From positions 1,643,341 through 1,707,340 of the forward strand of contig CAJINV010000007.1 in NCBI GenBank assembly GCA_905178155.1: a stretch of DNA of 64,000 nt. Direction: 5' to 3'. This DNA comes from Amoebophrya sp. A120. Lineage: Eukaryota; Protista; Dinoflagellata. The notes under the pieces are model-generated. The model worked only from the letters and a program-made list of their open reading frames with translations, was not told the DNA's origin and ran no database searches. Positions 21,560 to 33,509 of this stretch are shown piece after piece. The stretch's first letter is position 1. Each line of letters opens with the position of its first letter. The translations under genes and the position numbers were made by a program.

Positions 21560-23850
21560 CAACAGCCTCGGGCTCCGGACGGCTGAGCTTGTCTCTGCGC
21601 CGGCCGCACCCCATACGACGGTGGTAGGTCATGTTCTCGCCGCTGGCTTTCTCATGAGGAAGAAGAGCTAGGAGCATGCCACAACCGTGCGCGCGCCTTA
21701 CGACATACATCTTAGGGCTTTTGCCTGTGCAAGCAAGAAAGAAGCCACAGCCAGATGAGCCTGCGCCGGCCGGGCGCGATCGCGTTCGCGCTTTCAACCG
21801 CGGGGCCCCTTTGCGGCTTTATGTCGCGGGCCATCGCCGCCGCCCTTCTCTGTCGCGCGGTGGCCGCTCGCGGTCCTGCCCGCTTTGTTGGAGTTGCGCC
21901 GCTTGGCGGAAGGCCCGGAACCGGAAGCCCCGCGGGAACCCCAGGCGGCCCCGAATCTTTCCCGGATGTTTCGCCGCCGCGCCGAGGGGGCCGGCGGGGG
22001 GCCATGCGCACCGCGAACAGCCGGCGCGCTTGACAGCAATCACTAGCACCGGGCGGCTCGCCCAAGAAGTCAGTCGGGCCAGCCCTGGGAGGGGTGGCCC
22101 TAGCCTTAGGGAGCGCCGCCCCGAGAAAGCGGGCCGCGTGCGTAGTATTGGTGGCGCGCGGGTGCGCGGCCCGTCTCGTAGTCCCGTCCCGAAGGAACGC
22201 GCCGAAGCGCTTCGCTGCGGTGTGTGGGTGCCTGCGCTTTATGTGAGTGCCCGGGCGAGTGGTTTCGAAGATATTGCGCCCGGGCTTTCAACGTACTAAG
22301 CGGGGGCCCTTCCCGCCTACCCCGGAGGTAGGCTCGCCGGCAGCAGTGAAGTCGAGCGACCAGCGCACGGGCTGGCTCTCGTGCGGGGAAAGCTGTTGCC
22401 GCGGCCTCCCGGCGGCCTGTGCATTGGGAGGCTGGCGCTTTGCCTCAGCGTTTACCCGCACCCGCCCGGGCGCGGGTCGACCGGTCTCTCCCGCGTTTCT
22501 ACGCGCGCAGAGACCGGCGAAGCCCAACATCCGGAACGTTTTGGGGACGAGAGCGAAAGCCCAGCCCTATGGCGCCCAAATTTATGGTCGCTGCGGTTGC
22601 GAATTTGCGAGGTTACGGGAAGCGGGCATGGCTTTGGAGAGCTGCAAGCAAATTCGCGCGGACGAGCGAAGTAGCTCGGGCGGTAGCTCCGTCGCCCGCG
22701 GCGTGGGGGCCGGGGCGGGGGGCCTGCCTGCGTGCCAGCTCCCGCCTCGGCGGCCGGGGGCGGAAGCAAACTGAAACGGGGAGGCGGGCGCCGCGGAGCA
22801 ACCGCAACAAGTCGAGGGGGCCGTCGCCCGGGGGAGTCGAAGAAAACGGAGGGGAGCGGGGGCGGAAAGGCCGGCGCCCGCCATCCTTACCCGGCAAGGC
22901 CCGTCCGTCGCGCAGACCGCAAACAGCCGCAGCGGCCGCGTCCTGCCCCGTTCCGTTGGGCGGTATGAAAACGCTGCGCGGTGATTTGTGGCCATCGGTC
23001 TAACAATCTATCACCGCGAGCCTTTGGCAGTAAGTGTGAGTGTAAAACCAAACCCAAGACCACGCCTGGCGCTTTGGTCGGATCTGAACGCCGTGGCATT
23101 TCGTTTTTGTTTGGTTTTTGGCTTGGGCCCGTGGTTGTCTTCGTGTTGTTTATGTTTTCTTATCTATGACAGCCTCGGGCCGGCCAGCGGTGGCTCATTT
23201 TTCAAGCAAGCGACGCCTGCTATTTTTGCCGCCGTCCTGGGCCACGTGGGGAGCAAGCGCATTGACGGCCCTAAAAGTGCGGCAGAGTCCCAAGCGAAGC
23301 AGCTGCAATCCAAGGCGGCCGGCGCAGTGCTCTGGAACGGAAGAGGAGCAGGGGGGCCAGGCGGGCCCCTCCGCGCGCGCGCGCTCCTGTTCTTCGTTCT
23401 ATCCATCCGCGTCCCGCCGCAGCCAGGTCCGCGGGAGGGTGCGCCCTCGCGGCCTCGTTGCCCTCCTTCCATCCGGTGGCGCGGCCGGCCTTGTTCGGTG
23501 TGCCGGGTTGAACTTGTTTTCGTCCGCCCGGCCCCGCCGCAGCCGCGCGGCGCAACTCTGGGAGAAAAGGGGCGGGGCACGCATGTGACCCCCGTACAGC
23601 TACAGGGGCGCGGGCGTGGGCCTTCGTGTGGTAAGTGATTGAGGGCAGGCCGGCGCCTTTTTATCGGCACACCGCGCCGCCAGCACGGTGTCGCCCGCCC
23701 CCCCGGCAATCTCGAGGCACGCGGCTTGCTGCCGGTTTGCCATCCATGTTGCTGGTGCAGACCAGCACGCTCCGCCATGCGTCTACGAATGGGTCCGTGT
23801 GCCATGTGATCGAAGGGAAAAGATAAGAGCACTCGCCAGGCCTCTGCGGC
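21560..23850. other. GC-rich intergenic island 1 (boundaries approximate)
   Basis: Abrupt shift to very high G+C; only spurious Arg/Gly/Pro/Ala ORFs in all frames. Confidence 0.6.
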
Positions 23851-24477
23851 GTTGATTATTCTATCTTTGCAATTGCATTCTAGTGATGGCCATCACCAAG
23901 CGGCACAAGCTCCGTCCTCACCTTCCTATGCCATCTGCAGTTGCTCGATGGATGAATACGAACTGCCGCTCGGCATTTGGATTTGCATCATTTCTAGTAA
24001 GTATGTATTTCGAGACCCCGAGGGAGCCTTTCACAACTCGTTTCGTGCGCCATGAGGGCAAAATAACAAGCCGCAATGCCGCCAGAAGGAAGTAGGACCA
24101 AGGCGCAGCCGTGTTTGCTTTTGTGAAAGCACACGTATGTGAAGCGACAGTGTGGCTCCGGCTCGGCATTGAGAGATAAACTTAAAATAGTAAAGGAAAA
24201 CCCGACGAGAACGTGGTAGACACCAAATCCAAAGAGAGAGCCTTCAAATGAAAAACGTAGAACGAGATGGTGCAGAACTGGCCAAGCCTGCACGTCGAAC
24301 GTAAGCCTCCGGCGCACTTTCTTATTTTCAGTAGTGACGTGCAGCTCCGGCTTCTGTTCCTTTCAGTTTTTCGTTTTTGTCGCAGTGTTCTACATGACCA
24401 ACAAGAGCTAGAACATGGAAGTCCAAGTCTTGTTGTGAAGTTCAGCGCTTTTTCTTTTCACCCATCGCGCATCAACA

Positions 24478-27400
24478 ATGTCAAAGCCGAGAAACATTCG
24501 CGCATCCCTTTCGAGTCCAAGCCAGCAGTTCTCGGACCCTGGCAGCCAGGCCTTGATGAACACGTTTGGCGTCATGATGCCGGATCCCGATCCCGCCCCC
24601 CTTTCCGTCCACGATTTTGAGGGGGTGCCGCTCGATCCAAATGAAGCCGCTGCGCAGAAGCTGTTCCTGGAGCAGCCAGGGCATGGTCTTCATGGGAGCA
24701 ACAAAAGAACAACCCAGCAGAAAGACCAGGAGTTCCTGCTAGGGAATGGCAGTTTCGGGAGTGTGCAGAAAGTCAGGCGGCGCGGGACTAACGATGTCTT
24801 CGCCTTGAAGATCATGAAGAACGCCGATGTTTTATCTGGTATAGCGATCCTCGATAGGAAAGTTGTACGCAGTAAAGATGAAGTTGTTTTTCGGCACGGA
24901 GTTAGCTCGAACTAGCTACATCAGCGCATTTTGACCATCTTGATAAAAATGATGAGTCGTGTCGTGTAGCTGCTAAGTGGTAAAGAAATTACTTACAACC
25001 TCGCACAAGAACGACAAGAAAAGACTCGTCGCAACAACAAGGTAATCTGACAGCCCAAGTGGAGCGCGAAATCGGGATCCAGCGGTCCTGCAACCACGAG
25101 AACGTCCTCCGACTCCACGCGGACTTCAAGGACGAGAACTGCACCTACATGCTGCTGGAGTACTGCCCGAACGGGGAACTGTACCAGATCCTGAAGAAGG
25201 CCACCTTCTTTTCCGAAAGACGGGCCTGCCAGTACTTTCTCCACGTGAGCAACGGACTGCAGCACCTGCACACGAACAACATCATCCACAGAGACTTGAA
25301 GCCGGAAAATCTGTTGGTGTCCAACCATGACGTGATCAAAATCGCGGACTTCGGCTGGTGCGCCGAGTGTGTTTGTGTCAGAAACGGAGCAAGAAGTGCA
25401 ACCTCTGGGACGAGTTTTCATTCAAGTAAGGTGAACAAGAGGAAGCGGAATGTCGACTCGTCTCCGATGCAGAAGGCACGGATTCTGGCACCGCAGTTGA
25501 ATTTGAAGTGGTCGCCGTTGGAGAGAAGGAGAAAGGCAAAGGACGATCAAGGTCGTGGCGAAGCAGGTGATTCCGCTACTTCATCTCCAACTGAAGAGGA
25601 AGCAGGCAAGGAAGATGATCTCTCGGACCACTATCGCGACCCCACTACGAGTTCTGCTTCGTCTCCTCCCCTCCGCCGTTTCACTTTCTGTGGCACGCTG
25701 GACTACCTTGCGCCGGAGATGATCGAGGGCACAGGGCACGACCACAACGTGGATGTGTGGATGGCGGTATCCACAAAAAAGGACCGATTCCCATCCAATT
25801 TGTCATGCAAATCATGCATCAAGTTCAGTGTTTGCCATGCCCATGCGCATGCAGACAATGGTAATGGATGGGGGTTGGTGCTGTTTTTTCCTGGATAGGC
25901 GGGGGTGCTGCTGTACGAAATGGTGAAGGGAAAGCCCCCGTTCTACTCCCCAAACCACGCCCTGCTGATCCAGCGGATTCTGAATCTGCAAATCCAATGG
26001 CAACTGGGGAATCTGCAGATCTCGAAGAGTGTCCGAACCCTGATAACGAAGATGCTGAAGCCGAAAGCGGGTGAGAGGGTGTCGCTAGCGGAGTTAGAGA
26101 CCGACAAGTGGGTGTTGGAAAACACAAGCATGACGCTGCTGGAGGAGCAGACCGGCGTTGGCTCTTTCCGCCCGGCGTCGAGGACGAATTCCGGGTGCGG
26201 TGGAGGGACCGCCGCGGGAAAGGGAAGACAAGGTACAACTAAGCGAGAACTGAGTTTTTTGCAGGTTGTTTGCACGAACGTAGTTTGTGTTGCATGGACA
26301 TGAAGATGTTGTACAACTTAGAACACAAGTCTTTATTGCACCATCGCTAAATCACCTCCTCCGGCATAAGAAAAAAATATCAACATCAGATGTGGACATC
26401 CCAGAAACGCCTACGGTCATGGGTCGCGAACTGAAGGCCACTCCCGCTGCCCCGGCAGCGGTGAATAGCTTGGCAAGTTTTGGAGTGCCGGCTCACGTGC
26501 CGGTCGTGGCCGAAGTGACGGCGGGAGCGGTTGAGAAAGGTAAAGCAAGCGAAATTACTCAGCGTCTTCAGCTTGAGGAGTGAGGTTTATCTTTCTGTGC
26601 TGCTCCTATGTATTGCCTTGAAACTCGAGCTACTTTGTTTTTGATGTTGGATTTTCTCTCCAATAAAACCAGACGCCGGGGACGTAAATCTCTCTGCTCT
26701 TTCGTTACAGGTCTACTCGCGGGTATAGCAGCTTCATCGCAATCGGACGTGGTGCTTGATGTCGCGGAGCAGCCAAAAATGTTCCCGGAAAAGAACTTCG
26801 CCAAATCCACCTCGAGCTCGAAAAACCGTTCCGTGTCGAGGACGAAGCCGGAGACCACGACTCACACGATTAACAACCCAGCAAGTACTTCGGCGATATC
26901 CACATCCTCCTCCAGTACTACAACAGGTACTTGTACCAGTCGAACCAACAGCCGTATCGGCCGCCCGCCACCGACCACAACGAGCACGAACGCGCGACGA
27001 GTGTCGCCGAAACCGGTGGCCAGGTCTTCGCCGAAGCCGATGAACAGGGTCCTATTTCCCTCGCGGGTCGGAGGTGGTGGCGGTGGCGGGGGTTCTTCCT
27101 CTAGCAGCGGGGCGACGTCGTCGAGTGGGCAACACAGTTCCTACCCCAGCCATTCCTCCGGTGCGCAGTCCGTACAGGTGCAGAACCGGGTGCTGGGGGT
27201 TCGAGCGGTGAGGAGTCACACGACCAGCAACTTCGCAGGTGGTCAGGTGGGTGGATCATCTTCAAGCTCATCCTCTACTCCGTCTTCTTCAGGGGCGGCG
27301 GGACAGCAGTTGCAACCTGCTTCGTCCACTGTTGCTGGTGGTGCAAATGGTAATCCGCACAGGAAGAGTCCATTTTTCACCACGACAACGACGACAACAA

Positions 27401-30400
27401 CCACTTCAGCCACCACTGCAGCATCGTCGGCGCAGCAGTCTTCGAAGACAGCCACAGCACCGATCGTCGACGTGAGCTTGCAAGAGGACAAGGCGAATTC
27501 GACCACGTCCATCAAGAGCTTGGTTGGGAATTTGAACACGGAAGCAGCCTTGGAAGCGATATCAGTGTCTAGCGTGGAAGTGGATCACGTAGAAATAGGA
27601 CTTGTGCCAGAGGAACACCAGCCGACGAAGGAAATTCATTTGGTTTCCCCCGAAGATCTTGATGAAGGCATAGACAACGTGAACATCATCAAAGGAGGAG
27701 AGAGCAACAAGAAGGTTGATGAAACAATCTCAATCCAGGAAGATGAAAGAGAACCCGTCTTCGCAAAAATAAAGCCATCTGCCGGTGCAGCAGTCATTCC
27801 TGCTTTTTCCCCAGCGGCGATCTCGCCAAAAATCTTATCGCGCGAGCCGTCTGCAAATTTGAAATCTTTTGGCACTTCGATGCTGCAGGTGCCCGGGTTT
27901 TCGCAACGTGGCAAGTTGGTTTTGAACCACAATGTCGCTGACAGCAGGAGGCCGAAAATTATGGAGCAGATGAAGCTCTTTTCTGCCAAAAATCACGACG
28001 GTGTTATAGCAGGTGGTGGTCCAGCAGGCGAGGCGGAAATTTCATCAAAAAAGAAGGAGCAGACAGGAGATCATACCACCGCCGTCGCGACACAGCTCTT
28101 ACAAAGGAAGAAACTGCACCCGTACCTGCAGGACTTGCTTCAGAAGGACATCGAGGAGCTGGAAGAAAAAAGAAAGGTTCGAGAGGAACAACTTAATCTG
28201 AAAGTCGCGCCGGCAAAAGAAGCGGATGACCAGCAGAAGATGAAGCCACGCTTCGAGTCTGCCGCCCGGTCGCCCATGTTGATCCCCCGCATGGTCCCTT
28301 TCACGCCCCTGGTCGGCGCGAGGGGAATTATCACCCCGCGAGGCGGTGTTGGGATGGGCAATCTAGCGGGAACCGCTGGCGGCGGTGGCGGAGCAGCGAG
28401 TTTTGCGTTCAAAATGGCATCTCCCGCGGGTGGTGGGACTTCAACGCAGCAGCCATTATTGCAGAAAAACCTCCGCGCGAGCGCTGCGCAACTGCAAACC
28501 GTGTCTGAAGCCGCCGCTGCGTCGTCTTCTTCACTGAGCAAAAACGTGATGACACAGGAGGCGCAAAAAATCGGCGCATCGAAGACCCTAAAAATTGCTG
28601 ATGTGAAGAAAGGCGAAAACGAGAGCAACAGGAAAACTTCAAAGGGGGCGTCTCCAGACGGGGAGAACTCTGCAGCGGAAGAAGTTGAGAACAGAGGTCA
28701 CTCGGCGTCAAGTACAACTAGCAGTACGACCAGACACCGGCTAAGTACCTCCGGGAAAGTTCTTTACAACATAAGTCCACAACATTCATCCTCTTCCGAG
28801 GCAGAGCCACAGCAAGAACCCGCGCAACTACTTTCCGCAAGAGCTTCACCGGCTGTTGGCACAACTGCTTCTGCTCAACAGCCTGCCAAAACGCCAGCGG
28901 TGCCACAGTTCGTCCGCGGAGCGACAAGCACGCACGTTTTGTCTTCGTCCTCATCCTCTGCCTCGCTGTATAAAAATTCCGAGCAGCAGAGCTCGCAGCT
29001 ACGACCATGGACCAACAAGCACATCAATCCTGACAACTACGACTCCAGCGGTGGTCGTACTAAGGGTCCCGCCCCCCTCGCGAACAGTTCTTCGACGAAA
29101 TACATCTTAGCCGCAAACGCAATGCAGTCCAGATCGAAGTCCACTGCTTGCCTCCGAGCAGAAAACTACGAAGACGCGAAGAATTACGCGGTGCCGACCC
29201 AAACCTCGCAGTTTCGGAAGTTAGCGGTCGCATCGAGTACGAAACCAACGTGGAAGGCGAAAAGTAGGACAACTGGGTCGGGAGCAGGAACAGCGGTAGC
29301 ATCTTCGAGCAGTTGTAACTGGCCGAGGAGTTTTGCCGCTAGCACAGTGTCGAGCATGGCGAAGATCAAATCGACTAACAGCAACGGGACGTCGTGTTCT
29401 GGCGTAGAAGTAGCGACGTCGTCCATTGCGAGTGGGGCGGCAGAAGTGTTGGCCGCGGGTGGAATTGATCCTGCTGAGCCATCTCTCGATGCAGGAGCGC
29501 TTGCTAGTGCTAGTAGCGGCACTGCCGCACTGCAGCCGCATCGTTCCAGGTCGAGGAGTAAGGAGAAAGAGAAAACCACTGAACAAATTGCGAAGAGGAA
29601 CTTGGATGATGTTCTTGTGGATGGGGCGCAACACAAATCCGACCCGGTAATCGGTCCTAGCTCGGGTTCTTTGGTAGACCGGAACGCGCATGCAGGGAAA
29701 CAAGAAGGTCAACAAGGTCGTAGGACGCAAAGCGATGAACCTGAGACGGTCGTGCCGGCATCTTCAGGTGAAAAACCGGCTGGTGTGGTAGAAAATGATA
29801 GCAGCAATCACGACGATGGACAGGTCGAGATGAAACCTCCCGAGTTTACTGCTCCGAGTACCACGACGAAAGACCACACTAAAGTTGTCCTCGCTCCAAG
29901 CGCAACTTTTTTTCAGCAGGAGCTTTTCGAGGACGAAAAACACAAAACCGATGTTTCTACGCCGCGAGCTAGTGATTCCCGAATGCTAGTAATCAGGCCC
30001 GCCGGCGCGCCAGCAGTGTCCTTTACAGCCTCGGCATCCTCCCGAACGGCCAGCGTCGTTGGGAAAAATCCGCACCACTTGGCTCCTTCGCAAGCCCAGC
30101 TAAACCAGCAGCCGAGACTTGCGCAGAGCAGTGGCCCGCCGTCCTTTAGCACGAGAAGGTACATGACGCCGGTGCAGTTTACGGCAACATCTAGTACAAG
30201 TGCGGCAAGAACGCCGAACCATGCAGCTACTGGCTCCGGCGTGCAACTCCTAGCACACCACCACCACCAGCACCCTTCGGCATCCCCTGGAGGTGGTCAT
30301 CAGCAGCTGCATAATTTTCAGACTATCAAGAAGCCAAATTTCACGACCACGACCCTTGCAACTTCCGCAAGCACTACGGCGTTGCAGAAGATGATGCACA

Positions 30401-30894
30401 GGCCCAGTGGCATTAAGACCAGTGCAGAAGTACTAGAAGACGACGCGCCGGACGACGACCACGCTTTTACCGAAGAACAGCGAGCAAAATCCTCACAGTT
30501 GTCTTCACCAGCGACAGCAAGCTGCGCTGCAACAGCAAAGAACACTGGAACTGGATCTATTACTTCCGGTCTTGTTTTGACATCAAGCAAGTTTCCACAA
30601 AACAAAAGCACGAAGCCGCTCTTCCCCCCGCGCGTGCAGATGCAAATCCGGAGTCCAACGCCGTTTCTCAACGTCACAACGACGCCGACGTCCGCGGCCA
30701 CACCGTTAGTTATGAACAGGCCAATGAACAAACTGGGGACCATGACCAGTCCGATGTTTAGCCAGCGACCGTTGTTAACACCGATGACCCGGACGGTATC
30801 GGTGAGGAGAGGTGGTGGGGACGAGGGAATGGTCAAAGCGGAGGCGTTGGCCGTGGACTTGAGGTTTGATGTCGAGAAAAAAGTGAAAGAATAG
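24478..30894 (+). CDS. Aurora-like Ser/Thr protein kinase with a very long low-complexity C-terminal tail
   Basis: LGNGSFGSV, FALKIM, QVEREIGIQ, IIHRDLKPENLL, KIADFGW, TFCGTLDYLAPEMIEG, VDVWMAGVLLYEM..GKPPF. GT-AG introns 24839-25041, 26233-26389 and 26540-26710 plus IE6 link the frames. Confidence 0.88.
25768..25897. mobile_element. Introner IE6, family A (130 bp, diverged), reverse orientation relative to IE1/IE4
   Basis: Ends TATCCACAAAAAA..CCCATCCA and TGGATGGG..TTTTTTCCTGGATA; TSD GGCGG at 25763-25767 and 25898-25902; lies in kinase subdomain IX. Confidence 0.92.
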
Positions 30895-31559
30895 GTATGA
30901 AAATGAATAGCGAAGATGAATCAAAATTACGGAATATGGAATGGATTCGAGAGCGTCGACATCTAATGATGACTCATCATGAGTAGATCTACTTCATGTT
31001 ATTATCTCATTCACAGACTGTTTCCGGTTCCGCTTCACTGACTGAGTGCCATAGCGGCCGCGGTGGAAGCTATGTAAGAACATCGACTAGAAGAAGCATT
31101 ACGAGAACAAGTATAAATATCTTTCGCGTGGTACCTGATGTGCGCTTGTGATGTATGTGTATCCCCGAGGACCCTACGAATGACCCTCAATTTCTCATTA
31201 CGATATATTTTACTTTTTTTTGTGGCGACACGACATCACGTCGAGGAGCAAAGTATTATGTAATGATGATGTCAACAAAATAAATCAAATCATAGAAACA
31301 AACGATAACAAGATAAAGGCTACCTCCCCATGTAATGACTGACATGAAATTCCCGTTAATGAACAGCATGTATGGAAAAAATGAAGAATCTATTACCCAC
31401 GGAGTGGGATGCCACTCGCTGCCCTTTTTTGGGCGGTCGATTGCGATCAGGTATGAAATAAGGAAGCTGATTTGTACGCCTGTGTTCTTGCGGTTGCGGA
31501 TCCTCTCCACCCGACTTCGGTCGCCAGTGTTGTAGTTATTACAGGGGTCTTCATGCCCA

Positions 31560-33000
31560 TGCGACTGCATAGATCGAGTCGGGCCGACGTTGCAGCGAAT
31601 GAAAGGGGCGGGCGGCAGTGGGTAGATGCGCGCGCGTTCTCCTGCGCGCAGTAGGTAAAGAACCCCGCGCCGGCCCTGCGTCGTCCTCTGCGTGGCGCGC
31701 GGTGCGGCCACCTCTCTCCGCGCCTGTGCGTGGAGCAGCCCGAAGGAAGCAACTGAAGGCGGAGCGAAGGGGCCCGAGGGAATTCCGAAAAGCAGCCGGG
31801 GCGGAGGGCATGCGCGGGCAGCCCGTGCGCGCCCCACCTTCTCAGGGGGGGCAGCAAGCTATGGCCTGCGCGGGCCGGCCCCCCCAAGATCGTTCGATGG
31901 CGTGGGGCGCATGGGGGTGGTGTTGTAATAGCTGGTGGAGCCAACTTTGCTAGATCTTAAGACTACAGCCGCTCCGCAAGACAAAAAGCAACAGCACCCC
32001 GGAAATTCCGACGAACGCAGCGGCTCTCCCGGGGAGCCGCGTGATCCACTGCGGATTTTATCTGGCTCCGGAAAAGGTGGGGCCGGGGCCGGTTGTCATA
32101 CATGCGCTCGCCTTGTATATTGAAACGCACTTGGCAGACGAGTTAGACTGGGACCGTTCCAGCCGCCACCGGGCTGCTTCAATTCACGGGGCGCGGAGCT
32201 GCTGACTTTTTGGCGCTTTCTGGGAGTTGCGCAAAAAGGCACAGTTGGCAGGCACTTGGCGGCCCCAACGCGGCCGCGTTAGTTCTTTGCCAGCCCCTCT
32301 GCCGGCCCCGCCCCCTTCCGGGGGGGCTGGCGTGTGGCCCCGCGCGCATTCTGGCCCCCATTGGGCCGCGCCGGCCATTTGGGGCGTGGGTGCTCCCCCC
32401 GGAAGGGGCTTCTGCGCCGATCGATCTCGCGCGCCTCGTGCGCGAATTATTTTCGAATGCCTTGCAGGCCCGATTCGAAAAAGGCCCCGCCGGAAGCGCG
32501 CTTTGGATGGCGGCCGCCGCCTTGCGAGCAATTGTGGAGGGGACGCAGAGGGGCGCCGACGAGGTGCGTGCTTTGGGGAGGCTTTTGGTTGGTTGGAGGG
32601 CGCGGGGGTGGGGCGGCTTGGCCGCTTGGGCCGCCCGTGCACGTGCTAGCTTTGCGCAGGCACGGCGCGCCTGGGGCCTTTGCCGCGCCCGCGCCCCGGC
32701 GGGCCGGCCTCCTTGAATGGCTGGCGCGCGGTGGGCTTTGGCTCTTCTGCCATAAGTATGGGTCTACCTAGAGGCCGGCCCGCCGGCCGGGCCGCCCCGC
32801 CCCGCCTTGCTTGGCCGTTGCGCCCTTTCATTTTCGGCCGCCCTCGCCCGCTTCGGCCTCTGTTTGTTCGGCCCCGCGGTATTGCTTGGGTGGTGATTTG
32901 CCTCGGCGCGCCGCGCGGATTCTTTTTCGTTCGGTGACTTTGCGTGGTGGGCGCCTCGTCTATTGGGTTGCTCCGCCTGGCTGTAGTGCCCGGCTACCAT
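31560..33000. other. GC-rich intergenic island 2 (boundaries approximate)
   Basis: Same texture as island 1; no credible ORF. Confidence 0.6.
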
Positions 33001-33509
33001 GATTGGGCCTGTTGATTCAGCACGCGTGCCTCTTTTTCGTGTCTGTGGTGTGTGTGCATAGTTTTTGTTGTATAGCTGTCGCCCGCTAGCGATTTATGGC
33101 GGATTGTTGTCGGGGCAGCCGGTCCTTGTCTCTGACAGTGAGTATTGCGCGCCAAACATGTGTTCGTCGGTAGGAGCTAGAAGAAGTGGAAGAAGATTGA
33201 CGAGTCGTGGCAAAATTTTCAATGTCATTGCACCTGATGAACAGCAACTGTCTGAACGCAGCGGCGGGCGCGGAGGCAGCTAAAGTGCATAATTACTGTG
33301 TATGATCTGCTTCGTGCGGTTTCTTGATGTAGTTCACATTGTAGTTTTGATATCCACCAGTTCCGCCAGAAGTGAGTCATCTTCTTGTAGCGGAGGAGCA
33401 TTAGTGTATTGCAGACTGCTTCTTCTTCTTGCAATACGAATACAGTCTTCGTTGCAGCTGCTGTAGCTTTTGGTTTTCCGGTGCGAGGAGTATCAGCATT
33501 TCCCCGACC

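Noticed and set aside
21492-23832. Many overlapping ORFs on both strands in the GC islands (also 31256-33002 and 52561-53891)
   Set aside because: Expected from stop-codon scarcity at high GC; Arg/Pro/Gly/Ala-rich with no recognisable domain.
150-25902. Rule that element plus TSD length is a multiple of three
   Set aside because: True for IE1-4 and IE6 (114, 267, 276, 114, 135) but not for IE5, IE7 or IE8 (155, 164, 118), and the 3n copies contain in-frame stops.
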